A DNA stretch of 51,312 nucleotides from positions 583,738-635,049 of the forward strand of contig BFEA01000023.1 of NCBI GenBank assembly GCA_003427395.1. The letters run 5' to 3'. Every line of letters begins with the position of its first letter. The stretch's first letter is position 1. The translations under genes and the position numbers were made by a program. The notes under the pieces were generated by a model. It was not told the origin of the DNA, made no database searches, and was given only the letters and a program-made list of their open reading frames with translations. Positions 37,420 to 50,800 of the stretch are shown here, piece by piece. The DNA is from Chara braunii. Lineage: Eukaryota; Plantae; Charophyceae.

Positions 37420-38305
37420 TGGATTGCAGGGGACAAAAGGAAGGGGGGGGGGGGGAAGGTAATTCAGTTGCCACGTGGCATACACATCGATTGGCCCATT
37501 CCCCTGGCAGAGGTCCCGCCTTGGGACTCAGAGAGCAGCTGCCTGGGCGCGAATACCGCAAGGAACCAGTTGGCCTACCATAGCCCAGTACACCCATGAG
37601 CTGTTGAAATCCACAACTGCAGTCCTGGAACTTTTTACCTTTTCTGATAAAAATGAGAGAATGCTGTCCCGTTAATAATCTGTTGCTCAAGATTCTGATT
37701 CTGACTCTGCTTGCTGTGTTCCCTGAACAAGTTTGTGATCAACCATTCTTGTCTGTATGCCATGTGCTGAGTTTCGACTCTGTGTGTGTCTGTGTGTGTG
37801 TGTGTCTCTGTGTGTGTGTGTGTCTGTGTGTGTGTGTGTGTGTCTGTGTGTGTGTGCGTGTCCAAGTGCGCGTGCATGTATCTGTGTGTGGGCCTCGCTG
37901 CACTACTCTCGACATGCACAAAAGACAAAAATCATGGCGGTGCATCTTTCCATATTCTAGCGGAAGATTCACTCTCGTTTTGCACATTTCAAGAGTAGTG
38001 CAACGAGGGCCTGTGTCTCAGTTAGGTGGGCCGAGATGGTGTGATTGAGAATTGGCGGGGGGAAGTTGCCGGAAGTCGGCTTCAATTAAAAGAGTGGCAA
38101 AAAAAAGAGTACTCGGCCCAGCTATCGGCCGCGGGAAAAAAAAGAGTAGAAACGTTTCTAGTCGGATGAATTTGGGCGCTCCTGTAGTAGCCCGTACGTT
38201 TCCTAAAATTGTGGCACGTTAACGGGCACGACGCTAGGTTCCTAAAATCGTGGCGCGTTAACGGGCACGACTCTAGGAAGTACTGCTGGTTGTGATGTTT
38301 GAATC

Positions 38306-38433
38306 TTTTTTCTTTTTTTCTTTTTTTTTTCTTTTTTTTTTCTTTTTTTTTTTCCGATGGACCACGGATCAGATATTAAACTGATCAGAACAGATACTAC
38401 ACTTGATCTTAGCCAAAAGGCCGAGAAAGGTAT
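38306..38433 (-). pseudogene. U2: Retroposed, 3'-truncated U2 snRNA (first 80 nt at 38433-38354, plus A-rich tail)
   Basis: Minus strand ATACCTTTCTCGGCCTTTTGGCTAAGATCAAGTGTAGTATCTGTTC...; TSD GTGATGTTTGAATC at 38292-38305 and 38434-38447; no Sm site. Confidence 0.95.
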
Positions 38434-40143
38434 GTGATGTTTGAATCATGTAATCAGCATCCAACCAAAAAGAAAAGAAAAGAAAAAAGTAATCAGCATC
38501 CAATCTGCTTGGCAGTTGCTGTTCGTAGGGGAAGTTGTCAGAAGTAGTGCTGTCATGCGTGTGAGCCGTTGTGGTATCCACCACAGGGGCCCCCTTGGGC
38601 CCGACTGTAGGTTAGGGGGTTGATCAAGGCATTAGGGGGCTCCTTGTTCTTTTGGGCCTCAGGATTGTTCTCTTGGTTTGCCTCAGTCCCTGTTTCAGTC
38701 TGGTTCAGTGAGGTGCCCCTTAGGCCGAGTGTATGTGCCAGCACAGTGGGACCGAGACAGGCCCAGTGAGCATTCCATAGGCCAGGTTCACTTCGGGTTT
38801 AGACGCCAGACTTGGGGTCTCGCCAGGTTCACTTCGGGTTTAGACGCCAGACTTGGGGTCTCGCTCCACCACTGTCCGCTATACAGAATTTCGGAGAGTT
38901 CGTGTATAGCTGTCAGAGTACCAAAAAACGGAGATTTCGTGTATAGTCTGCGCCATCACTCCACTTACTATCCGCTATACAGCTCTCCAATTCCTGAGTT
39001 CACTGGACCCGCGCGGGGCGGGGGGGCGCAGCCAGGGTATCTGAGATTGTAGCTTCGGGGGCTGCACGGATGATTATGCGAGGCAGCTTATTTTCTTCAC
39101 TTTTCCATCGTCGCATAGCTCTAGCTCCATCAGCACAACATCAGACCAGACAGACCCGTGTTCGAAGCCAAATGATGATAAGTAAGAAAATAAATATCAC
39201 TTTTCCATTGTAGCTTAGCTCTANNNNNNNNNNNNNNNNNNNNNNNNNNNNNNNNNNNNNNNNNNNNNNNNNNNNNNNNNNNNNNNNNNNNNNNNNNNNN
39301 NNNNNNNNNNNNNNNNNNNNNNNNNNNNNNNNNNNNNNNNNNNNNNNNNNNNNNNNNNNNNNNNNNNNNNNNNNNNNNNNNNNNNNNNNNNNNNNNNNNN
39401 NNNNNNNNNNNNNNNNNNNNNNNNNNNNNNNNNNNNNNNNNNNNNNNNNNNNNNNNNNNNNNNNNNNNNNNNNNNNNNNNNNNNNNNNNNNNNNNNNNNN
39501 NNNNNNNNNNNNNNNNNNNNNNNNNNNNNNNNNNNNNNNNNNNNNNNNNNNNNNNNNNNNNNNNNNNNNNNNNNNNNNNNNNNNNNNNNNNNNNNNNNNN
39601 NNNNNNNNNNNNNNNNNNNNNNNNNNNNNNNNNNNNNNNNNNNNNNNNNNNNNNNNNNNNNNNNNNNNNNNNNNNNNNNNNNNNNNNNNNNNNNNNNNNN
39701 NNNNNNNNNNNNNNNNNNNNNNNNNNNNNNNNNNNNNNNNNNNNNNNNNNNNNNNNNNNNNNNNNNNNNNNNNNNNNNNNNNNNNNNNNNNNNNNNNNNN
39801 NNNNNNNNNNNNNNNNNNNNNNNNNNNNNNNNNNNNNNNNNNNNNNNNNNNNNNNNNNNNNNNNNNNNNNNNNNNNNNNNNNNNNNNNNNNNNNNNNNNN
39901 NNNNNNNNNNNNNNNNNNNNNNNNNNNNNNNNNNNNNNNNNNNNNNNNNNNNNNNNNNNNNNNNNNNNNNNNNNNNNNNNNNNNNNNNNNNNNNNNNNNN
40001 NNNNNNNNNNNNNNNNNNNNNNNNNNNNNNNNNNNNNNNNNNNNNNNNNNNNNNNNNNNNNNNNNNNNNNNNNNNNNNNNNNNNNNNNNNNNNNNNNNNN
40101 NNNNNNNNNNNNNNNNNNNNNNNNNNNNNNNNNNNNNNNNNNN

Positions 40144-40242
40144 TAGGTACACGAGGAGATTGTTATGATCGTTATTGTGTCCGCATTGAAGAAATGCGAC
40201 AAAGTCTTCGAATCATTGTCCAATGCTTGAATCAAATGCCTA
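40144..40242 (+). pseudogene. nad7: Mitochondrial nad7 fragment (NUMT)
   Basis: [32 protein letters not shown], near-identical to plant mitochondrial Nad7; left end runs into a gap. Confidence 0.9.
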
Positions 40243-40244
40243 AA

Positions 40245-42360
40245 TATGGTAAGACACCACCCAGACTTCGTGGGTTTACAGATCTCCCCAACTTACTCTA
40301 TCAAGGTATCGGCCCTGGCAGGCGATTTTTCTGCCATTTCGGAAAATTCGGTAGTGTCGTTATCTGCACTGGAACAATGCCTTTCCACTTACGAACTGGC
40401 CTCATAAATGAGGGTCAGCTGGCAGAAGTCGGTGGCTCTCACCCCCAACGGTGAGCAGCTAGCCTTGGACTTGGGTATAACGGTTAAACCTCGCTCGGCG
40501 GTAGAGAGATACCTGGGAGTACAAGTCTCCTTTGAGGATCCTACAGACATTCAAAGCTCAATAATCGAAAACACAATTAGAGACGTTTGTGCCAGTTGGT
40601 CCAAAACCCGCTTTCTCTCGTTGTTTGGTAGGGCAATGGTGATTAACACCTTCATCTCTTCCAAACTCTGGTTCATCTTATCTATATGTGTACTATCACC
40701 AAACTCTGATATCAATATCAGGAGGCTCTTGACCCGTTTTCTGTGGAAAGGAGACTCGGAAGCCCAATCGGTCCTGTCCAAAGTAAGTTGGTCAAAAGTT
40801 ACAGGGGGTCTGGGTATCCTGGACCCGAGTACACAGAACAGAGCACTACTAGCTAAATGGCCTGTCAGAATGATGACAACCAAAGAAAAGCAACCTTGGA
40901 TATTACTGACCCAAGCATCTCTGGCTAATCAATGGAAGCTCTCTAACCCCGAAGTTGTTTCGCAGGCCTTACTAATGAAACCCTTCACTGCCGGCACCTC
41001 GACTAAGACCTGGGAAGAAATCCTCAAGGCATGGGGCAAGATGCTCCCTCAAAACCTGGAGGAACCTTCCACTGTGCATGAAATACTTAACACCTGTCTC
41101 TTCGAAAACACAGCGGTCTGTAACCAAGCAGGGTTTCCGTTCTCCGTAGCCAAAGCTCCTGGCAACTTTGGCCGAAAGTGGATGCAACGCGGCATTTGGC
41201 TTATCCGTCACATTTGGGACTCCGACAAGAAAGTATGGAAGAAAGGCGCAGAACTCAGGCATCAACTCGCAGGTCTTCATCAAGTTGACTCCCACCTGGC
41301 GAACCTGATCTCTGCTATCCCCTCGAAGTGGTCCACGATCATCTCCACCCCCCCCAAGAAGTACTTCGAACAACAATGGTTCAGCTCAACAGTCGAGCCA
41401 GTTCGTTACTTCAAGATAGACACTGTTTGTGACAATGACGAAGTGTGGCTCTCAGAATGGACTCTCCAGGACTCAAGGCTTCAACAGCTCAGGGACCCTG
41501 CGCCCAGATCTCTGGAGGGGCTGCAGGAAATTACGGTCCAGCAAGACCGTGACGGTGCATTCCTTATCAGGCCTCAGTCCTACACAGATCCGGAGTGGAA
41601 AGTAGACACATACAAGATTGGATGGTTAATCTCAACCCCAGGCAAAGAAGTCACCAAGGTTCCACTGAGAGAATACACGTCCAAGAGTGGGTACAACCTC
41701 CACTCTCAGGCTCAGTCTATTCAAGCAGGTCTCACAATTAACTGGCAACATAGAGTAGCATCCCTAAATCTGAGATAAATTTCATATTCGTGGGTCTTTT
41801 TCTTTATCCAGCTCTTGCTCTGGTCACTGGAAACAAAGGTGGGGGGGCTCCATTGGTTATATTTGCATTCTCCATTGGTTACATTTGCATTCATGTGTCC
41901 CCACTGCCCTTTGGTGTTCAGAAAAGGGAATGGATATCCATACGGCGTGTGACATTTATCCCCATCCGTGTTTAGAAGACTGGCTTCATCTCTGGTGGGA
42001 ATGTGTTAGTGCTAAGGGCTTTTGGGAGTTTCTAGATTCCCTATGGGAGAAAGCGTACTCCACATTAGGTTTTTGGAGCAAAGACTTAGTAATTACCGGT
42101 AGAATCCCAGAGCAGTTTAAGAATCATCAAGTGGGCGAGGTTGCCCAAATATTCAGAAGAAGGGTCTTCTAGTCCCTATGGATAGCACGTCGGGATAGAC
42201 GTTTCCTCAATTCCAAACTTTCCCTGCACTCTCTTACTGCAAAATTCCGACACTCGCTGAGAATGGAGGTCACAACTGACTGGTGTAAACCAAAAGAAAT
42301 TCTGCATCCATGGAACTGGCTAAACATAATTTCGAGAAGAAATGGTCCTCACCCTATAAC
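40245..42360 (+). mobile_element. L1-type LINE ORF2 fragment (end of RT, thumb, zf-RVT remnant)
   Basis: ORF 40408-41778 with RYLGV, LSLFGRAMVINTFISSKLWF, FLWKG, VSWSKV..GGLGI; downstream EDWLHLWWEC. Confidence 0.9.
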
Positions 42361-44099
42361 NNNNNNNNNNNNNNNNNNNNNNNNNNNNNNNNNNNNNNNN
42401 NNNNNNNNNNNNNNNNNNNNNNNNNNNNNNNNNNNNNNNNNNNNNNNNNNNNNNNNNNNNNNNNNNNNNNNNNNNNNNNNNNNNNNNNNNNNNNNNNNNN
42501 NNNNNNNNNNNNNNNNNNNNNNNNNNNNNNNNNNNNNNNNNNNNNNNNNNNNNNNNNNNNNNNNNNNNNNNNNNNNNNNNNNNNNNNNNNNNNNNNNNNN
42601 NNNNNNNNNNNNNNNNNNNNNNNNNNNNNNNNNNNNNNNNNNNNNNNNNNNNNNNNNNNNNNNNNNNNNNNNNNNNNNNNNNNNNNNNNNNNNNNNNNNN
42701 NNNNNNNNNNNNNNNNNNNNNNNNNNNNNNNNNNNNNNNNNNNNNNNNNNNNNNNNNNNNNNNNNNNNNNNNNNNNNNNNNNNNNNNNNNNNNNNNNNNN
42801 NNNNNNNNNNNNNNNNNNNNNNNNNNNNNNNNNNNNNNNNNNNNNNNNNNTGATTGAGGGCGGGTACAGGGTGCTACAGCATTGAGATGTGCCACCCGCT
42901 AAATACGCCATGCCTGGCTGGCAGGGTACTACAACGAACGGGAACAAAAGCAAAACAAAAAAAAAGCAAACTCTTCCACAGATGGCGGCCAGATACATTT
43001 CTCAAAGAACTGCTGCAATTGCCACCCTCGTGAGGGCCTTCCCCGACGTCCCAGCATTTGAAACTCCGTTTTTTTTCCTTTTTTTTCTTCTTTTTTCCTT
43101 TCTTTCTTTCTTTTTCGTCGGCCTCCAACGACGCTCGAACCCCTGACAGCCCGAACGACGCACGACCCCCTTTCCACCGATGGAACGAAAAAATGACTGC
43201 AAAGAGTTTCGCGGTTACAACTTTTCATGACCCCTCATAAGACCCCTCACTACCCATTTCATACCCATCCCCATACGATTCATTCTTCCCCAAAAAGGAA
43301 AACCGAGTCCCCGTCCACAACAAACCTGAACGACCTGTCAAACGACCACTAAACCTAACACTAGCACGACCCCTCACAACTATCGGTACGTCTCCTACCC
43401 GCGACCGCGACCTTACCACTTTTTCCCTAAGCCGCGAAAAGACCCCGACAGACCATTCGACGACCATGTTCGACGACCACGACATTTCCCAAAAAAGAAA
43501 CCCCGCAAAACGACAAAAAAACCGTCACGGTAAGCGCAGCCTCTGACTGCGAACTACAAAACACCCTAAGAGCACTACAAGACAACAGTTTGTCGGCCCA
43601 GACTCCAGGCGGACTATCCGATTTCGTGTTCGAACGGCGGCCTCCTTCGACCACCCTTCGAGGAGTATCGGAGTAACGACTTTTGCAGGCTGGGAACTAT
43701 ACACAAATGTAGAGTGCGATCCACGACCTATTTCCGACAACTATACAACGGAGTTTTCACGTGTATAGTATATAGTTAGTGGAGCGACGCCGAACTATAC
43801 AATTTTGTATAGTGTATAGTAGTGGAGCGAGACCCTTGCTTACACTTTCAGCCCCCTCACAAGAGTCGCCACGGCTCATTTTCTGAGTTGCCACAGCTAT
43901 GAGCTGAGCCAGGCACTTGGGTCAGGCAGAGCCCATGCCACAGCTGCAGTTTCAGCACTTTCATGGGCGCCAGATTTCAGGACTTTTCTTGTCCCTTTGT
44001 GGGTTTGGGCGCCAGACTTGCTTACATTTTCAGGTTTGGGGGCTTGTTACATTACACTTCATTTGAGAAAAATCTCAAGAGCAGCCCTACAATCGTCAC

Positions 44100-47000
44100 C
44101 GAAACTGGGTAATGGTGGGAGCGCTATTAGGAGCGTTAATCGTCAGCACGAAGTGCCGCTTCGTCGGGACTTAGAAGCGGCACTTCGTGCGAAGAACGTT
44201 TAGGGCTAGGTTTAGTTTCTCCTATGGCGCCATCGCCTCGTCTGACATGGAGTAGGGGCAGGTGTGCCGCCAGAAAGAGTTCAACCGTTAGCAACGGTCG
44301 TTCAAGAACCAGTTATGCCGGAAGCTATTGACATCCCGTTCTCCTTCCCTTGGTGTGCTCCTTACACACTACAGTAAAGAGAAATAAGGGCGAACTCAAC
44401 GAATGGTTATGCCGAGGGTTTCATTTCATCCTCCGCTGACTACGACCGGAGGGACGATCTGCTACAGGAAGAACCTGCTTGCTGCAGATCTTCAAGGCAG
44501 ATCCAAGGACGCCAGTCAAGGAAGCTCTGAGGTGCCGAAGCCCCCCCGGATGGATTTCCATACTAGCTCAACGTCTGCCGTCAAGCCATATTCATTTCCA
44601 GGGGGGACGACATAATTTCTCTAAACCTATAGGGGGATGCTGACCTTCCCACTTATCGAGGCTCAGAAAACCGAAGCGGAAAAGGAAAGAATTCGGGATA
44701 TTATTGAAAAATGTTATTTCGAAGGGATAATCCCGGCCAACCTGGCAACAGGTTCGATCGAGAGGGAAGAAGACTTCGTGAGAGTGAGAGTAGATAAAAA
44801 GGTTTACCAGATCCAGGAAGAATGGTTACGTCAACATGTCGTGTCTATCTTCTTTGGAAATGATGCTTCCTCACTACCAGGCGAAGTCAAAAGCAGGTTA
44901 GTACGACCTTACGAGGAAGGATGGGCTAACGGTGGGGAAATTGATGCCTCACCGAAGAGAGGTTTGCTACACAACGAAGGTAGGAACCTGGTTACCTACA
45001 TGGCTACCTCTAAAGAAATCGCGGCTTGGATGTTCATTAAAATGGAATCTAAAGTGGTGCTAGATGAGAAAACTTATGTGGCCCACTTCCGCCCGTAGAT
45101 GTCCGAAGCGGAATTGGTCCCCATCAGAAGGCACCAAAGGGGAGGTCAGTATACAAATAGATAGAAACTTAGAGGTTAATATCCTTTATCATTTTATTGA
45201 CAGAGAAGGTCGATGGGCCTGGTTAAATTGACGGTTGACCAAGAGGACTGGGCAGTCATGACAGTCTATGTCCCCATAGACTATAAGGAACGCACCAATT
45301 TTTTTCAGTTTGCTGATCTACTAGCATATATACCTAACGTGGAAAATTTGATTATTGTTGGCGATTGGAATACTGTTTTGAACCCTGGTCTAGACACCCC
45401 TTTACCTACACCTCTGAGAAAAGGATTCAAAAATGCTAGCAACTTTCATGGAATCCCAAACTCTAATAGACGTCTACAGAGTAATGAAGCCAGACTCTAA
45501 TGGCTATACTTGGTATGGTCCCAAACCTTCCCCTACAGCACCAGAACCCAAAAAACATTTTGACTTTATCCTGGCTCGGGGAGTTGTCTGGTAAAGGTGC
45601 ATTTGGTCTGATTTTTTTATTTCCTCCCTCTCGAATCACTACCCATTCCTGATGGACATAATACCAAAAGATATTATCGACAAACACATACCTCCTTTTA
45701 GATTGAATGTCTCCATTCTGAAGGATAAAGGAATTTCGAACTAGGTGAGTGACCAAATCTCCTCCTGGAAGGAAGCCAAAGACCTATTTCAGGAGGAAGA
45801 AAGATGGGTGGAAGTCGGATTGGGAATAGTTAAAACCGCCCTTAAAGTTTTTTTCCAGGAAGAAGACGGCGAATAGAACATGAACCAAAAACTATCTTAC
45901 CAAGGAGGTGGCTGAGGCAGAAAGCACAATGGGAAAGGACTCTTTCTCACACTTTTTTTGATCCTAGAAAAGGAAAGCTAGTCTAACAAAATTGGAAGCT
46001 TTGGAAATGCAGAAACAAACCAATGGCTAGAGTGGTTGAAAATCAGAGATATTTTGGGATATGACCGTATGACCAAATTGACATTTAGAACTTTGATACT
46101 ACGTCAAAGTAGACCCCTTATCAGAGAGTTAACTCATCCTTTTGAATGGAACGCTCCGATAGCCGACTCCACCGAACAACTATGCAAGTATGCTTTAGAT
46201 TATTTTCAAGATATAGTTTTCACGCGTAGGACCTTTGACACCCCAGAGACAGACCTCTATGAGAACTCGGAATTTTGGAAGCCCTCGACAACTAGAATTT
46301 CGATATCAGACTGTCTTAGGTTGGAGGAACCGTTAACGACACCTGAACTTTGGAGGGCAACCAAGCAAATGACAAAGGTTAAATGCCCCGACATTGACGG
46401 TCTGACGGTAAAACTTTTTTTGTCTACTTGGGACGCATTCGCCCCCTTCAAGTTCCTTCTCTCAATTTACAATAAAGTCTTGGAGACAAGGCATCTTCCT
46501 AAGTGTATTCCCCAGGGGGTGATTTCTTTATTGTAGAAAAAGGGGGACAAAAAGAAGGTAAAGAACTATAGGCCTATTTCTGTTTTGAATGTGGTCTATA
46601 AACTTCCGGCCAAGGTTATAGCTATAAGATTGGTTGACCTCCTCCCCAACCTTATAGGTTGGGAACAGGGAACCTTCGTGAAAGGGAGATCAATCTTCGA
46701 AAATATTCTCACAACGGTAATCAGCAAAGAGAAAAGGGAAGTGGCCATACTACTTTTGGACATGGAGAAAGCATACGACATGGTAGGTTGGGCATTCGTC
46801 TTTACCACACTACGAAATCAGGGTTTTGGCCAAGGATTTTGTAGATGGGTAAAAGCCATGTATGCAGAAACATCCTATATGGTTATTGTAAACGGTAAAC
46901 TGTCAAGTGGATTTAAATTAACCCGGTCCCTTCATCAGGGCTGCCCTTTGACGCCGTTGTTGTTTGTAATCCAGTTAGAAACCCTCTTGGAGAATATCAG

Positions 47001-49590
47001 ATCAAATCCACGGATTAAAGGTCTTTCACTCCCTCCAATAGAAGGGAGGGGTGATAGCTGATGACCTCACGGTTGCTGTAGAAAACACTCCAAAGAACAT
47101 CACAGAATTGTGAAAAGTTTTGGATGAGTACTGCTTGCTGTCTGAAACCTCGATAAATTGGGACAAGTCAGTTTCAAGTTATTTTTTACCTTCCCCCTTT
47201 GAATTTTGTGTGGAATGGCAGTGGGTTTGAGACAAGTTCCGACAGATATTTTTGAACGGTTCCTGGAAGTCCAGGTTTCGTTGTCTAACGCTGGGGCAGT
47301 GCAAAACACTATACTGAGTGAAAAAGTTTCAGCCAGGATATCAGGTTGGATAAAGAGCTATAGTCTTATCTACCGCAACGTTCTCTATTTTATGGTTCCC
47401 GCTGACTATTCATTTTCTAGGGGATCAAACCTACTCCACGATAAAGAGAGTCAGAACTAAGTATGTTTGGAAACCTTCTGCTGAAGAAGAAAGCAACTTT
47501 ATCTCGAAGGTGGAATGGGATGTCATTGCCCGACCAAGAGATCAGGGAGGGATGGGGATCTTGGATCCAAAGCGCCAAAATTTAGTGTTGTTGGCAAAAT
47601 GGTCAGTCGAGGCAATGAGAGAATCGGAGCTCGAGCTGTAGATCCGTATTGCTGAATACATCCTTGGAAGGGAGTGAGACCTCTTGCAGGGTTCACATGT
47701 ATGGTTGTGCTTGCTTATGCAATCATATATTACAAGACACCTAAAGTCTAGAATTTGAAAGGAAATCTTGTATGCATAGAACAAGCTCATACCACACCTA
47801 TTAAGGGAGTCAACCACCGGATTAGAGGTGGGTAACCAACTGATGTTCGACAATATGTTTATAGTACAAGAATCTGGAATAACGTTCTCGACAGATGGGT
47901 CACCATGATCATTCGGGCAAACATGGGTAGCCAAAGGGGTCCTACAACTGAAGGAGTTGTGAGGCTTTGAAAAGGGATCTTGACTCTCCGTGTCTGAGCT
48001 CAGAAAGAAGCTTCCCAAATTGCGTTATGTGGAATCTAACTATGGTAGATTGAAGGAGGTTGTTCCAAGACACTTGATTCTGCTGTTGAAGAATGCTTAA
48101 CACAGAGAACATGGCACATGGCTCAGAGCTCCGGATGGTGAGAAAGTTTGGAGAGTAATGGGCCCGGCCCTGCCGACAGGCACAACGGTGCAGATTTGGC
48201 ACGAGACTAAAATAGTTAAAAGGGAAGTTGTCCTCTCTCTGGAGGGCGAAGTGGTGACCCAAGACCAGTTAGACTGCACCGAATTAAAGATTTTCAAAAG
48301 TCAATCCAACAAAAAAACAACTTCGTAAATGTAACTTGGGGAAGCAAAATGTTTCAAAGTGGAACCACTACTGTAAGGTTGGGATAAGGAGAGAACAAGT
48401 TTATCTAAATCAATTCCTCTGATTGAGTATAAACCAAAGGTGGGGGTGGCGGCTTAGACAACATTAGCTCAGGACCCTCCAACAGTAACGACAGTAAGAT
48501 GCCTGACTGGAAAAGGTTGTGGAAAACTTTTAAACGTCTGCCTTCGCAGAAACAGGCTAGCTTAATCTGCCAACAATCTTTGCAAATCATTCCCACTGCA
48601 TTGTGGCTGGTAAGCAAAGGTATGAATATTGTTGAGTCCTGCAGCAGGTGTAGTTGGGGTTGGGAATCGGCCAAAAATCTTTGGTTGCAGTGCCCCTGGG
48701 CAAATTAGTTGTGGGACGGGTGAATCTCAAATTGAACGAAGATCACATGTCATAATTTCCCTGGGACAGAAGAGTGGACTCTATATGCCTCAACTCCTCA
48801 AAGCACATACTTCTCGGTCGACTGGGGATACGTTTCCTTGCTTTGTCGTGGGGTCATTATGAAAATAATCTGGGCCGCAAAGAATGCCAAAGTATTTCGT
48901 AATGAAGACACAACCCTTCACAAACAAATCTTTCAGGTAAAAGAGAACATACGACGAGCTATGCAGGCAGACTGGGAAAGAAGCCACAGTTCGAAAGGCA
49001 AGGGTAAGAGGTGGTGTCTTAGAACGTGGGCGAAAAAGAGCATGTTGGCCAAAATCTCCAACGAGGGTTGTTTAGAAATTGGCCCATGGTTCATAGGGAA
49101 AAGACAAGAAGAAATTAGGACACCGACTACTCATAGGGTATGTCAGGCCCGTTGAGGTTATAGGTTTCCGCTTTAATTGTCTCTGCTAGTTGGATAACCC
49201 ACACCAGTTACTTGCACAGGCGGTAGGTATGTTCATCTTGGTGACCAGTCTGTTTTAAAAAGGGATTTCAATTGATAGAGATTGGTGACCTCCCTTCTTT
49301 TCTGAAACTTTCAATGCAGTTGGAACTCGGCCTCCTCGACCGAGAGGACACCTGATCAGATAGGGTCACTGGACTCGGTTTTCAGTCCGTTTGAAGTACT
49401 TCTATAGGATGGAAGGACTAGTGTGATCCTAAGATAGAATGTTGAAACACTCACCGTTTCTGTCCTTCAAGTTAAACCACCAGTACCTCCCCTACTCTTG
49501 GGAAATTACGTGACATTGGCCAGTAGCCGAACTTTTCGGGGGTCGGCAGAGCCTCGACGTGGATTCCCAACAGTGGGTACCAACTCAGTT
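44100..49590 (+). mobile_element. Near-full-length degenerate L1-type LINE (partial ORF1, APE endonuclease, RT, zf-RVT, 3'UTR)
   Basis: IIVGDWNTVL (EN); KCPDIDGLT, NYRPISVLNVVYK, LDMEKAYD, QGCPLTPLLF, ADDL (RT); CSRC...ESAKNLWLQCP; many stops and frameshifts; boundaries approximate. Confidence 0.92.
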
Positions 49591-49881
49591 TTTTCGAATT
49601 TTTTATAAATTTTTATTTTATTATTTTATTTCTTGGTAGGATGTTTTCTGGGGCCTGGACCACCGTGGACAGTGGCGGCGATGTGGAAACGCTACCGGGT
49701 CCCTCCGGCGGCGGTTGTTGCGTGGCAGTTGGCCGGTCGGTGGTGTGCGGNNNNNNNNNNNNNNNNNNNNNNNNNNNNNNNNNNNNNNNNNNNNNNNNNN
49801 NNNNNNNNNNNNNNNNNNNNNNNNNNNNNNNNNNNNNNNNNNNNNNNNNNNNNNNNNNNNNNNNNNNNNNNNNNNNNNNNN

Positions 49882-49939
<58 letters not shown>

Positions 49940-50569
49940 GCCGCCGTCGTTGTTCCGTCGACAGTACGTGAGGAAGGCCGGCGCACTTGGTGATTGCGAG
50001 GTGAGTTCCCCCGCCCTCTTCTTGTTCCTCTTCTTCTTCTTCTTCTTCTTCTTCTTCTTCTTCTTCTTCTTCTTCTTCTTCTTCTTTCTTCTTCTTCTTC
50101 TTCTTCTGACTTCGACTTCAGAGGACTTAGACTTTAGAGGACTTCTACTTCGACTTCACAGGAGAGAGATCATTGGTTTATCTATTGGCGACAGTGTAGG
50201 ATATGACGACTTACGATATCGGATAACGTCAGGATTTAGGGATTAGTACCGGCTGTGTTCTGACCCGACACCGGTTACATCAGGGATTATGTGTGACGAC
50301 ACTGGTGACTACCGCCAGATCCATGTTACCTCGTGTCACCTCCGTGTCACCTCCGTGTCACCTCCGTGTCACCTCCCTCGTCTCTCCTGCCCCCTTCGTC
50401 TTTGTATGGTTGCACGGATCTGAAGCGCCTTCCGTGTTTGGCTTCTGATCCATCGATAAGAAAAGGGAAAAAAAAAAGAATATGGATCAAACCTCGGGCC
50501 ACGAGTTATATTTTTGTTGAAAAAAAAGAACGACAAAAAGTTTCATATCAAAGAAAGAATGAATGAAAG

Positions 50570-50711
50570 GAACAAAGCAAGAAACAAAGCAAGACAGAAA
50601 GGAGAAGAAGAATAAGAAAAAGAAGAAGAAGAAGAAGAAGAAGAAGAAGAAGAAGAAGAAGAAGAAGAAGACAAAAAAGAAGAAGGCGTTGGGCGTCGTC
50701 GTCGTCATCAC

Positions 50712-50742
<31 letters not shown>

Positions 50743-50800
50743 TTCGAAATCAGTAGCATCACCATCACCATCACCATCATCATCATCATCATCATCAATC
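50570..50800. repeat. (GAA)n and (CAT)n microsatellites
   Basis: Directly visible. Confidence 0.9.

Larger units (their letters stand above)
38856..43835. mobile_element. PIF/Harbinger-like TIR element (contains two gaps, a nad7 fragment and a LINE fragment)
   Basis: TIR GGGTCTCGCTCCAC(C/T)ACT at both ends; 3-bp TSD TTG (38853-38855, 43836-43838); subterminal CTATAC/GTATAG repeats; empty site GCCAGACTTGCTTACA matches a paralogous site at ~44010. Confidence 0.85.

Noticed and set aside
49320-49400. HDV-like ribozyme around CCTCCTCG in the LINE 3'UTR
   Set aside because: P1/P2 nested pseudoknot could not be assembled; only a simple hairpin is supported.
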